This document shows, one piece after another, positions 19,209 to 28,112 of a stretch of DNA of 64,000 nt. The translations under genes were made by a program, and so were the position numbers. Where the stretch lies: contig JAOPTT010000005.1 of NCBI GenBank assembly GCA_051531975.1, forward strand, positions 320,001-384,000, read 5' to 3'. Each line of letters begins with the position of its first letter. Position 1 is the stretch's first letter. Source of the stretch: Spirochaetaceae bacterium. Its GTDB lineage: Bacteria; Spirochaetota; Spirochaetia; DSM-2461. A model generated the notes under the pieces. That model saw only the letters and a program-made list of their open reading frames with translations, did not search any database and was not told where the DNA came from.

Positions 19209-20306
19209 ATGGGATTAAACTGTGGAATAGTAGGACTACCAAACGTTGGTAAGTCAACAATTTTTAGTGCATTAACTTCAGCTCCAGCAGAGGCTGCTAA
19301 CTACCCCTTTTGTACTATAGACCCAAATGTAGGTATTGTAGATGTTCCAGATAAGAGATTAAAAAAGATAGCTGCCCTTATTCCTCCACAAAAGTTAATT
19401 GCTGCAAGTGTTGAGTTTGTAGACATAGCTGGTTTAGTTAAAGGGGCTAGTAAAGGTGAGGGTTTAGGTAATAAATTTTTAGCTAATATTAGAGAAACTG
19501 GTGTTATCATCCATGTTGTACGGTGTTTTGAAGATGCAGATGTTATTCATGTTGATAATAAAATTGATCCAGCTTCAGACATTGAAACAATTAACCTAGA
19601 GTTAGCTTTTTCTGATTTAGATAGTGTTGAAAAAAGAATGCAAAAGACTATAAAACTTGTTAGATCTAACGATTCTGATGCAAAAAAACTTATGCCTTTA
19701 TTAGAAAAGTTAAAAGCTGCACTAGAAAATGGTGAACCTGCAAGAAGTTTAGAGTTTACCGATTCAGAGATGGAAATAGTTAGACCTCTACACTTAATTA
19801 CAATGAAAAAGGTACTATACGTTTGTAATATCGATGAAGATGCTCTGCATGAGGATAATAATCATGTAACAGTTGTTAGAGAGATTGCAGCAAAAGAAAA
19901 TGCAAGAGCTGTTAAGATTTGTGGTCAGTTAGAAGCTGAAATTGCTGAACTTGAAACTGAGGTCGAGAAAGAAGAATTTTTAGCAGATGCTGGTTTAGAT
20001 GAGTCTGGTTTATCCCACTTAATTCACGAAGGTTACGCTATGTTAGGTTTAAGAACATATTTTACAGCAGGTGAAATTGAAGTAAGGGCTTGGACATATA
20101 AAGAAGGTGATAAAGCTCCACAGGCCGCTGGTGTTATACATACTGACTTTGAAAAAGGATTTATTAAAGCTGAAGTTTACCACTGTGATGATCTATTTGA
20201 CTTAGAGAGTGAAGCTAATATTAAATCTAAAGGAAAACTTCGAATAGAGGGTAAAGAGTATGTTGTTAAAGATGGCGATGTAATGCATTTTAGATTTAAC
20301 GTATAA
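19209..20306 (+). CDS. ychF: redox-regulated ATPase YchF
   Basis: GIVGLPNVGKST, ANYPFCTIDPN, DIAGLVKGAS.GEGLGNKFL and C-terminal FRFNV. Confidence 0.97.
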   Translation: MGLNCGIVGLPNVGKSTIFSALTSAPAEAANYPFCTIDPNVGIVDVPDKRLKKIAALIPPQKLIAASVEFVDIAGLVKGASKGEGLGNKFLANIRETGVIIHVVRCFEDADVIHVDNKIDPASDIETINLELAFSDLDSVEKRMQKTIKLVRSNDSDAKKLMPLLEKLKAALENGEPARSLEFTDSEMEIVRPLHLITMKKVLYVCNIDEDALHEDNNHVTVVREIAAKENARAVKICGQLEAEIAELETEVEKEEFLADAGLDESGLSHLIHEGYAMLGLRTYFTAGEIEVRAWTYKEGDKAPQAAGVIHTDFEKGFIKAEVYHCDDLFDLESEANIKSKGKLRIEGKEYVVKDGDVMHFRFNV

Positions 20307-20799
20307 TAATATTAAATGATATATGAATAAGAGTTGCTAATAAAAAGTACCTCTTGTTTATTACTGCTTTAGATAATAGAACTGCTGTTACCAGGTGTAA
20401 TGGCAGTGTTATTACAGTTCTTATTACCGCTAAATTAGGGTTTCCAATAGATAGATAAAGAGTTTCAGTTAAAGCAAAACCTCCACCAATAAAAAGAGCA
20501 TAAACAGCTCTATGTTTAATCTTTAGGAGTTTATCTATTCCTATGAATTTATATCCTTCTTCAGTTAGTGCTGAGATTATCTGATAAACTAATACTGGTA
20601 CTGGTTCTGGAATAGCCATTATAAAAATTATCCCTATTAACTTTATAGTAAATAGGGATGGGATAGTTAATATCATTCCAATAGAAAGACTTAATAATAC
20701 CCACTTTGTTTCTACTTTAAACATAGGTTTCACAATTGCAAAAATTAGCAAAAGTACTAACACTGTTGGTAGGATAATGGATATTATCTCTTTTATCAT
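20296..20799 (-). CDS. PrsW-family intramembrane protease-like protein
   Basis: Multi-TM; ALTEEGYK, GFALTE, PLH and LIH...N motifs. Confidence 0.7.
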   Translation of the reverse strand: MIKEIISIILPTVLVLLLIFAIVKPMFKVETKWVLLSLSIGMILTIPSLFTIKLIGIIFIMAIPEPVPVLVYQIISALTEEGYKFIGIDKLLKIKHRAVYALFIGGGFALTETLYLSIGNPNLAVIRTVITLPLHLVTAVLLSKAVINKRYFLLATLIHISFNIIIR

Positions 20800-21857
20800 T
20801 TTATTGCATTTTTAAGGTAGCTAATAAACCTCTGATTTTGTTCTTTAGAACCTATAGTCACTCTAATATGGTTTGGAAGACCAAAAGAAGTACAGCTTCT
20901 AATTGTCATTCCCTGTTCTAAAATTGAGTTATAAATCTCTTTACTATCTTTTTTAACATCAATACAGATAAAGTTAGCACCGGTTTTGTAATAAAACATC
21001 CCCATGTTATCTAACTCTTTATATAGATATTCTCTACCCTGCTTGTTCATAGCTAAAGATTGTTCTACAAAATCTGTATCAGATAGTGCTGCTAACCCCC
21101 CGGTTTGAGCTGCCTGATTAACATTAAAAGGTTGTTTTGATCTCCATAGGTTCTCTATTAAATCTTGGTTACCAAATGCGTAACCCAACCGTAATGATGC
21201 TAAACCATAAATTTTAGAAAATGTTTTTAATATTAGTAAATTAGGATAGTTATTTATCTCCCTAATACATGAATAATAGTCCTCAGCACCATATTCACCA
21301 TAAGCTTCATCTACAACAACAAGAATGTCTTTTGGTACACTCTGTATAAAATCTAGGATCTGTTTTTTGGGCAGATAAGTTCCTGTTGGATTATTAGGGT
21401 TACAGATATATAAAATTTTAGTATTTTTATCTACTAACTCTAACATAGCTTTTTTATCAAAAGTACCATTTACTAATGGAGCTTTTCTAATCTCTCCATC
21501 TGTAACTAATGTACTAAATGTATATTCTGAGAATGTATTTAAAGCAGTTACTGCATTATCATTTTTTCCAATAAGACATAGAGATGGCCACATTAAAATT
21601 TCATCTGAACCATTACCCACTATTACATTTTCTGGTAATAAGTGATGTTTTTTAGCAATAGCTTCCCGTAAAGCTTTACAACTACCATCTGGATATACAC
21701 TGTAGTTATCAATTTGCTGAATAGCTTTTATCGCCATAGGACTAGACCCTAATGGGTTTTCGTTAGAGGCAAGCTTCTCTTTTCCCTCAATTTTTATACC
21801 AGGGACATAGGGTGGAATCGCTTTGATGTTCTCTTTAAAAATCACTTTTTTCTCCAT
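20796..21857 (-). CDS. hisC: histidinol-phosphate aminotransferase
   Basis: KLASNENPLG, GNGSDE, CNPNNPTG, VDEAY and TFSKIYGLASLRLGY motifs. Confidence 0.93.
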   Translation of the reverse strand: MEKKVIFKENIKAIPPYVPGIKIEGKEKLASNENPLGSSPMAIKAIQQIDNYSVYPDGSCKALREAIAKKHHLLPENVIVGNGSDEILMWPSLCLIGKNDNAVTALNTFSEYTFSTLVTDGEIRKAPLVNGTFDKKAMLELVDKNTKILYICNPNNPTGTYLPKKQILDFIQSVPKDILVVVDEAYGEYGAEDYYSCIREINNYPNLLILKTFSKIYGLASLRLGYAFGNQDLIENLWRSKQPFNVNQAAQTGGLAALSDTDFVEQSLAMNKQGREYLYKELDNMGMFYYKTGANFICIDVKKDSKEIYNSILEQGMTIRSCTSFGLPNHIRVTIGSKEQNQRFISYLKNAIK

Positions 21858-21880
21858 TTCGTATTTATTTTAAAAAATTT

Positions 21881-21910
21881 TGTAACTTTTTCATAGCTCG
21901 GTTGTCTATA
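21881..21910 (+). promoter_or_regulatory. putative ECF sigma factor promoter
   Basis: TGTAAC-N16-TGTCTA, resembling the AAC / (C/T)GTC ECF consensus and spacing. Confidence 0.5.
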
Positions 21911-21914
21911 TAGT

Positions 21915-21988
21915 TAAACAACATAGCAAATTTTGTTTCAAATTACTCCTTTTATTTTAGATCCTGCTGTTAGCAGGGTCTTTTTTTT
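21915..21988 (+). ncRNA. candidate small RNA with an anti-SD motif
   Basis: Lies between the putative ECF promoter and an intrinsic terminator; contains TTACTCCTTTT; no + strand ORF. Confidence 0.35.
21959..21988 (+). terminator. intrinsic terminator in the divergent hisC/fhs intergenic region
   Basis: AGATCCTGCT-GTT-AGCAGGGTCT hairpin followed by a T-run. Confidence 0.75.
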
Positions 21989-22060
21989 CTTATAAATTTA
22001 TAGATAAATACTTATCAACGCTGTATGATTAAAGTAAATTAAATAATTAAGAGGTTTTTT

Positions 22061-23815
22061 ATGTCAGTAGAAAGAATTAAACCGGTACCTAGCGACCTGG
22101 ATATTGCACAATCTGCAGTAGTTAAACCAATAAACCAAATAGCAGAAAAATTTGGTATTAAAAGTGAAGATTTAATATTGTACGGGCATCATAAGGCTAA
22201 AGTTAAATTAAGTGCTCTGAAATCAGGTAATAAAAAAGCAAAATATATAGATGTTACAGCAATAACACCAACTCCATTAGGAGAGGGTAAAACAACAACA
22301 ACTGTTGGATTAGCTGATGGTATTGCAAAACTTGGTAAAAAAGCAGCATGTGCTATAAGACAACCATCAATGGGACCTACTTTTGGTATTAAAGGTGGAG
22401 CAGCTGGTGGTGGTTATTCACAAATTGTTCCTATGGAAGATTTTAATCTGCATCTAACAGGTGATTTACACGCAATAACTGCTGCCCATAATTTATGTGC
22501 TGCTGCAATTGATGCAAGACTTCACCATGAAAGCAGATGGAGTGACGCTTTTTTTGAAAAAAGAGGTCTAAAAAAATTAAACATAGAACCAACAACTATA
22601 ACTTGGAATAGAGTTGTAGATATAAACGATAGAAGTTTAAGAAATATAACAATTGGTAAAGGTGGATTAGGTGATGGCCCTGTTAGAGAGGCACACTTTG
22701 ATATAACTGTAGCCAGTGAACTTATGGCAATTTTAGCTCTTACATCTGGATTAAAGGATATGAGAGAGAGAATTGGTAAAATTGTTGTTGCGATGGATAA
22801 AAAGAAGAACCCAATAACAACTGAAGATATTGGTGTTGCCGGTGCTATGACTGTTTTAATGAAGGATACAATTGAACCAAATATTATGCAGACAATGGAA
22901 GAGAACTTAGCATTTGTACATGCTGGACCTTTTGCAAATATTGCCCACGGGAACTCATCTATTATAGCTGATAAAATAGCTAGTAGATATTGTGACTATT
23001 TAGTTACAGAGTCTGGTTTTGCATCTGATATTGGAATGGAGAAGTTTTTTGATATTAAATGTCGGCAAAGTGGTTTAGTTCCAGATGCCGTAGTTCTTGT
23101 TGCAACCGTTAGAGCTCTTAAAATGCATGGTGGTGGCCCTACAGTTACTCCAGGTAGAGATCTGGACATTGTATACAAAGAGGAGCACTTAGAGCTGTTA
23201 ACAGAAGGATGTCAAAACATGGCAGCCCACATAAATATAGCAAAAAAGTTTGGTATTCCTGTTGTTGTTGCAATAAACCAGTTCCATACGGATACTGCTG
23301 CTGAGTTAGAATTAGTTAGAAAGTTAGCAAAAGAGGCAGGGGCATACGATGCTGTAGTTACAAACCACTGGGCAGAAGGTGGGGATGGATCTAAAGAACT
23401 AGCCAAAGTTGTAGTTGAAGCCTGTGATCATGAAAAAGACTTTAAGTTTTTATACAGTTTAGATCTATCAATAAAAGAAAAAATCGAAACATTAGCAAGG
23501 GAAGTATATGGTGCTGATGGGGTAGAGTACTCAGCTGATGCTTTAACAAAAATAGAGCAGTATGAAAAACTTGGTTATGGTAAATTCCCTATCTGTATGG
23601 CTAAAAGTCACCTATCTTTAAGTCATGATCCAAAACTTAAAAATGTTCCTAAAGGTTTTATATTCCCAATAACAGATATAAGAGCAAGTGTTGGTGCTGG
23701 ATTTTTATATCCATTAGCAGGGGATGTTAGAACAATGCCTGGATTATCAAGTAAGCCAGCTTTTATGAATATAGATATAGATACAGAGACAGGAAAAATT
23801 ACAGGACTTTTCTAA
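22061..23815 (+). CDS. fhs: formate--tetrahydrofolate ligase
   Basis: [39 protein letters not shown] and [15 protein letters not shown] motifs. Confidence 0.97.
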   Translation: MSVERIKPVPSDLDIAQSAVVKPINQIAEKFGIKSEDLILYGHHKAKVKLSALKSGNKKAKYIDVTAITPTPLGEGKTTTTVGLADGIAKLGKKAACAIRQPSMGPTFGIKGGAAGGGYSQIVPMEDFNLHLTGDLHAITAAHNLCAAAIDARLHHESRWSDAFFEKRGLKKLNIEPTTITWNRVVDINDRSLRNITIGKGGLGDGPVREAHFDITVASELMAILALTSGLKDMRERIGKIVVAMDKKKNPITTEDIGVAGAMTVLMKDTIEPNIMQTMEENLAFVHAGPFANIAHGNSSIIADKIASRYCDYLVTESGFASDIGMEKFFDIKCRQSGLVPDAVVLVATVRALKMHGGGPTVTPGRDLDIVYKEEHLELLTEGCQNMAAHINIAKKFGIPVVVAINQFHTDTAAELELVRKLAKEAGAYDAVVTNHWAEGGDGSKELAKVVVEACDHEKDFKFLYSLDLSIKEKIETLAREVYGADGVEYSADALTKIEQYEKLGYGKFPICMAKSHLSLSHDPKLKNVPKGFIFPITDIRASVGAGFLYPLAGDVRTMPGLSSKPAFMNIDIDTETGKITGLF

Positions 23816-23902
23816 AATAACAAACTTGTAATAACCCTGTAATGTAGAATTAATGATAGAGGAATATATTATAGATAGATTTTTTTATTTTACTCCTTTT
23901 TG

Positions 23903-23929
23903 AGGCCTCCAGTTTGGGGGTCTTTTTTT
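23903..23929 (+). terminator. intrinsic terminator after fhs
   Basis: AGGCCTCCA-GTT-TGGGGGTCT hairpin with G:U pairs, followed by a T-run. Confidence 0.7.
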
Positions 23930-23970
23930 GTATTGTGAATTAATATAAAACAAAAAACTATAGAAGTTAT

Positions 23971-24924
23971 ATGGCAAAAGAGAATCCCCACGACACAATT
24001 TTTAAACAGGTAGAATCTATAAAAGAGAACGCTATAGACTTCATTTTAGGAACATTCCCCTCGAAAATCCTTGAGAAACTAGACTTGAAAACTCTAGAAC
24101 TTAAAAACACTTCTTATACTGACCAAAACTTGAAAAAGTACTTCTCAGACTTAGTCTACCACTGTAAATACGGTACAAACAAAGTAAACATCTCCCTACT
24201 TTTTGAACACAAGAGTTATTTTGTAGAATACCCACATCTGCAACTACTAAGATACATACTAAACATTCAGGAAAGTAGATTAAAAGAGAAAGAACCATTA
24301 ATCCCTGTAATCCCAGTAATATTCTATCATGGAGAGAAAAAATGGATAAAAAAGGACTTTTATTACTACTTTAATTATTTAGATTCTGATCTCAAACAAT
24401 ACATTCCAAACTTCGACTATATATTAACAGATATATCAAAGTACGATGATAACAAGATAATAACTGAACTATTTAAAAGAGAGGCTAACAAAATATTAAT
24501 GTTATTCATGAAAAATATAAAAGATGAAGAGAAATTAATGAACTCATTGTATGATATACTTAAATTAGGCAGAGGTTATTATGCAACAGAAGAGGGGAAA
24601 AGTTTCCTTACTAGCTTAATGCTCTATTTGTTAAAAACAGTAGATCCAGATATTGATGAAGTAGCAAATATATTAGAAAATATAACACATGATGGAGGTG
24701 AGTTAATTATGACTGCAGCGCAAAGACTTGAACTAAGAGGAAAAGAACGTGGCATGGCTGAAGGATTGGCGAAAGGTATGTCTCAAGGTATGACTAAGGG
24801 TATGACTAAGGGTATGACTAAAGGAATAAAAAGAACGGCACATAATATGAAAATAGATGGACTTTCGGTGGAAACTATAAAAAGGTGTACAGGTTTATCT
24901 GAGAAAGAGATAAAAAAACTATAG
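23971..24924 (+). CDS. Rpn family recombination-promoting nuclease / putative transposase (PDDEXK_2, YhgA-like)
   Basis: NPHD.IFK, SDLVY, LLFEHKS, LQLLRY, PVIPVIFYHG motifs; C-terminal G...G repeats and GLS..EI helix-turn-helix tail. Confidence 0.9.
   Translation: MAKENPHDTIFKQVESIKENAIDFILGTFPSKILEKLDLKTLELKNTSYTDQNLKKYFSDLVYHCKYGTNKVNISLLFEHKSYFVEYPHLQLLRYILNIQESRLKEKEPLIPVIPVIFYHGEKKWIKKDFYYYFNYLDSDLKQYIPNFDYILTDISKYDDNKIITELFKREANKILMLFMKNIKDEEKLMNSLYDILKLGRGYYATEEGKSFLTSLMLYLLKTVDPDIDEVANILENITHDGGELIMTAAQRLELRGKERGMAEGLAKGMSQGMTKGMTKGMTKGIKRTAHNMKIDGLSVETIKRCTGLSEKEIKKL
24709..24924 (+). CDS. putative in-frame internal small product (RpnS-type antitoxin), 71 aa
   Basis: GGAGGTG at 24694-24700 precedes an in-frame ATG at 24709 (MTAAQRL...). 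Confidence 0.7.
   Translation: MTAAQRLELRGKERGMAEGLAKGMSQGMTKGMTKGMTKGIKRTAHNMKIDGLSVETIKRCTGLSEKEIKKL
24775..24822 (+). repeat. 12-bp tandem repeat encoding GMTK
   Basis: GGTATGTCTCAA GGTATGACTAAG GGTATGACTAAG GGTATGACTAAA. Confidence 0.9.
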
Positions 24925-25010
24925 TTATATTTCATATAAACCTAAAGATTAATTATTATCTAAACTGAATTAGATAATAAGATTAACCTTTAAATTGTTT
25001 TGCATAGTTA

Positions 25011-26231
25011 TTAATTAGATTTTAAGAATTCTTTTACTTCCTGGCTAAAAATCAGAGAGACTCCTAGAATAGAACCAAGCATAAGAGAACAGAATATCAC
25101 ATATTTAACAGGGAATATTTCACCTAAGATTCCACCTAATGATAAACCAATAGGAATGAAGCTTGTAAGCAGTACACCAATAAATCCTAGAACCTTCCCT
25201 CGCATTCCAAATGGGATAACTTTTTGGAGGAAACTTCGAAGCATTACATTAACAAGGGCATTAATAAAAAGAGATAAAAACATAAAGATTAACATAAGAT
25301 AAAAGCCCCCGAAAAGTGGAACTAGAGCCATTAATAGACTCTGGAATATAAATGAAAATATAAAGATCGAAGCCCGTTTAGTTTGTGGTATAGTATAAAA
25401 CACTAGTATAATCATCGCCAGTAAGCCTCCAGATGCACTTACTGCCTGAAATATTCCAAATTTCTCTGGTCCTAACCATAGTTGTTCCTTAAAAAAGGGA
25501 AGAAATAGAACTTCAGCAACAACAAAAGTGAAATTTTGTAACGCGGCTACTATTATGAAATATCTAAGTACTTTATGTTCCCATAAATATTTAGCACCTT
25601 CCTTAAGATCTTCCTGGAATTTCTTCTGATTATTCTCTTTGTGTACTTGGGGTATAGAAATAAAACTTTCCGATAGGGCAGATAGTAAATAAGATACTCC
25701 ATTAGCGATAAAAAGAATGGGGGCTCCTAGAATTGTAAATAGGAAACCAGCCATAGCTTTGCCAATTATTTTACCTCCCCCCTGTATCATACTGTTAAGT
25801 GAATTAGCTCTGTCTAGGGAGTCTGATGGAACTATATCTGGGATACTAGATCCAGAGGCTGGGTAAAAGAAGCTACTACAGGTTCCAATAATTATCGATA
25901 TAATCATTACTCCCCATATAGGTAACAGATTCAATAATGCTAATATTCCACCAACTAAGACAGATATTCCTCTAATTAGATCTGTAAAAACAATTATTCT
26001 TTTTCTATCATGACGATCAACATAGGTCCCAGCAAAGATTCCAACTAATATTTGAGGGACAAAACCTGCTGCCATAACAAGACTCATAGTGGCTGTTGAC
26101 CCTGTTTTATCTAGAACCCAGAAACCCAGAGCGAATTGGTAAAGCATATCTCCGATAAAAGAGACAAGACTTCCCTGCCAAAGTAGAAAGAAATTTTTAT
26201 TCCATAATTTGCTAATTTCATTATTTTTCAT
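25011..26231 (-). CDS. MFS transporter (DHA3/MefA-like efflux)
   Basis: NFFLLWQGSLVS, GTYVDRHDRKRI motif A and MRGKVLG; about 12 TM segments. Confidence 0.88.
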   Translation of the reverse strand: MKNNEISKLWNKNFFLLWQGSLVSFIGDMLYQFALGFWVLDKTGSTATMSLVMAAGFVPQILVGIFAGTYVDRHDRKRIIVFTDLIRGISVLVGGILALLNLLPIWGVMIISIIIGTCSSFFYPASGSSIPDIVPSDSLDRANSLNSMIQGGGKIIGKAMAGFLFTILGAPILFIANGVSYLLSALSESFISIPQVHKENNQKKFQEDLKEGAKYLWEHKVLRYFIIVAALQNFTFVVAEVLFLPFFKEQLWLGPEKFGIFQAVSASGGLLAMIILVFYTIPQTKRASIFIFSFIFQSLLMALVPLFGGFYLMLIFMFLSLFINALVNVMLRSFLQKVIPFGMRGKVLGFIGVLLTSFIPIGLSLGGILGEIFPVKYVIFCSLMLGSILGVSLIFSQEVKEFLKSN

Positions 26232-26269
26232 AGATAATCCTCATGTATGAGTTATATTTAATATCGATG

Positions 26270-26332
26270 TTAGATTATTTTCTAATATGGATCAAGTGGT
26301 TTTACTGTTATATGTTAGAAATATATCTAACA
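26270..26332. promoter_or_regulatory. two palindromic operator boxes (TTAGA-N6-TCTAA)
   Basis: TTAGATTATTTTCTAA at 26270-26285 and TGTTAGAAATATATCTAACA at 26313-26332, between the divergent MFS and ArsR genes. Confidence 0.65.
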
Positions 26333-26372
26333 CCTTCTTGATTTCCTACCAAAACTGTTGTAATCTTTTTTC

Positions 26373-27467
26373 ATGAAACTGATAAATAGTGAAATAGTAG
26401 ATTTTATTGCTGCAATGAATCATTTTGCAAATAGGAATAAACAACTACAAAACAGCTATCCTGGTATACCTGAACTCGTAGAATGGTGTAGTAAATATGA
26501 AAAAAAACTTTCTCCTTTTTTACTAAATGATATCTCATTATTAATTGAAAAGATGACTTTCCCCTCTATTTATCTTTTTATGATTTATATAAATACATCG
26601 GGAATAGAGAGCGTAGACGATTTTCTCCAAAAGCTAAAATTGATTAATCCTGATGAGTTATTTTGTAATTTCAGGAAAGATTTTTTAGGTGGAAAAAATG
26701 ATGAAATTACTCTAGAACTTCTACAGGATCTATTTCTAAACGAAGGCCTTCACCCTGGATACGATCCGGCAGAAGAGGCAGAACTACTGTTTATCTTTTT
26801 ACAGGACCCAGAAAACTTTCTTCAACGACTTTATAAAACTTATTATGATTTTTATGAATTAGCCTATAAACCGGAGCGCATTAACCTCAAGAAGCTTGAA
26901 TTAAAAAAACTACAGTGGCATCAGAACAGACTAAATGATGATTCAAAAAAATATTTTGAGCAGTTAGGAGTTAATAGCTTTATAAAATCTCTTAGTGAAG
27001 ATGATGAACCTAGGTTATATTTCTCTCTTTTCTCTGATACTTCTAGCTCCTCTTTTTGGGGGTGTCAAACATTAGTTATAGGTGCAGGAACAGATCGACG
27101 AATAATTAATCAGTCAGCTCGGGATAAGAGTAATATATTTTTCTCCTGTTTTGGTGATCCTAAGAGACTTGAAATACTTAGATTAACAGCAAAACGTCCA
27201 TGGTATAGTACAGAGCTTGCTACTCATTTTAAACTTAAGCCCGCAACACTTTCCTATCATATTAATATTTTAGTGAATGCTGATCTTCTGAACATTGTAA
27301 AAGGTGAAGCAAAACGATTTTATTATACTCTGAATAAGAAAGTTATAAAAGATTACCTTGGCTTTGTATCCCAAGATCTACTTGGATTTGATAATGACCT
27401 AAAATATAATAGTGATACATTGGAGATAAAAAATGATCGATTTTACAAAAGCTACTTGGATATGTGA
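26373..27467 (+). CDS. ArsR/SmtB-type transcriptional regulator with C-terminal HTH
   Basis: FGDPKRLEILRL...ELA....LKPATLSYHINILVNADLL. Confidence 0.8.
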   Translation: MKLINSEIVDFIAAMNHFANRNKQLQNSYPGIPELVEWCSKYEKKLSPFLLNDISLLIEKMTFPSIYLFMIYINTSGIESVDDFLQKLKLINPDELFCNFRKDFLGGKNDEITLELLQDLFLNEGLHPGYDPAEEAELLFIFLQDPENFLQRLYKTYYDFYELAYKPERINLKKLELKKLQWHQNRLNDDSKKYFEQLGVNSFIKSLSEDDEPRLYFSLFSDTSSSSFWGCQTLVIGAGTDRRIINQSARDKSNIFFSCFGDPKRLEILRLTAKRPWYSTELATHFKLKPATLSYHINILVNADLLNIVKGEAKRFYYTLNKKVIKDYLGFVSQDLLGFDNDLKYNSDTLEIKNDRFYKSYLDM

Positions 27468-28062
27468 GCCACAAAAATATGAGATTACGACAGAAAAAGT
27501 GGTTATTACAACTGAACCAGAAACAGATTTATGGCAACGCTCATTTTATGGTTTTAGGAATGATAATGCACCTAGTTTATTAGTTAAATCAAGTGATAAT
27601 TTCACTTTCACAACAAGAGTTGATTTTGAGTATAAAGAGCTGTTTGATCAGTGTGGTGTCATTGTTTATTTTGATAGTGATAATTGGTTCAAGGCATCAA
27701 TAGAGTTTGAAAATTCAGAATTTTCTCGGATAGGTAGCGTTGTAACTAATATGGGATATTCAGATTGGGCGACAACAGATATTACTTTACCAGCTTTTGT
27801 TTGGTATCGGTTAAGTAGAAGAGGAGCAGATTTTTTAATTGAATCTTCATTTGATGGTATAACTTTTAATCAAGTGAGAATTTTCCATCTACATAAACTT
27901 GGAGAGACTACACAAGAAATGGGTAGATCCAATCCACCTTTACCAGTAGAACAACCAGTACGATTTGGTCTTTATGCTTGCAGTCCACTAAAATCTTCTT
28001 TTACAGCAACATTTACAGATATGAAACTAGAGGCATGTAAATGGGTGGCACACAGCGTATAG
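27433..28062 (+). CDS. DUF1349 family protein
   Basis: TDLWQRSFYGFRNDNAP, FDQCG, WFKASIE, SVVTN.GYSDWAT and GLYACSP motifs. Confidence 0.85.
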   Translation: MIDFTKATWICEPQKYEITTEKVVITTEPETDLWQRSFYGFRNDNAPSLLVKSSDNFTFTTRVDFEYKELFDQCGVIVYFDSDNWFKASIEFENSEFSRIGSVVTNMGYSDWATTDITLPAFVWYRLSRRGADFLIESSFDGITFNQVRIFHLHKLGETTQEMGRSNPPLPVEQPVRFGLYACSPLKSSFTATFTDMKLEACKWVAHSV

Positions 28063-28073
28063 TTGATTTATCC

Positions 28074-28112
28074 AAATCTAAAAGACCCCAAATAGTGAGG
28101 TCTTTTAGATTT
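28074..28112. terminator. bidirectional intrinsic terminator
   Basis: AAATCTAAAAGACC...GGTCTTTTAGATTT inverted repeat between convergent genes. Confidence 0.8.

Noticed and set aside
21906..21941. Minus-strand 11-aa peptide (TTG start, KQNLLCCLTI) after AAAAGGAG as a hisC leader peptide
   Set aside because: No His codons, weak start, very short SD spacing; the + strand sRNA reading explains the motif better.
21990..22060. THF or ZTP riboswitch upstream of fhs
   Set aside because: No recognisable consensus; the stretch after the terminator is short and nearly all A/T.
23971..24924. Insertion sequence around the 'putative transposase'
   Set aside because: No terminal inverted repeats or target-site duplication seen; Rpn proteins are not demonstrated transposases.
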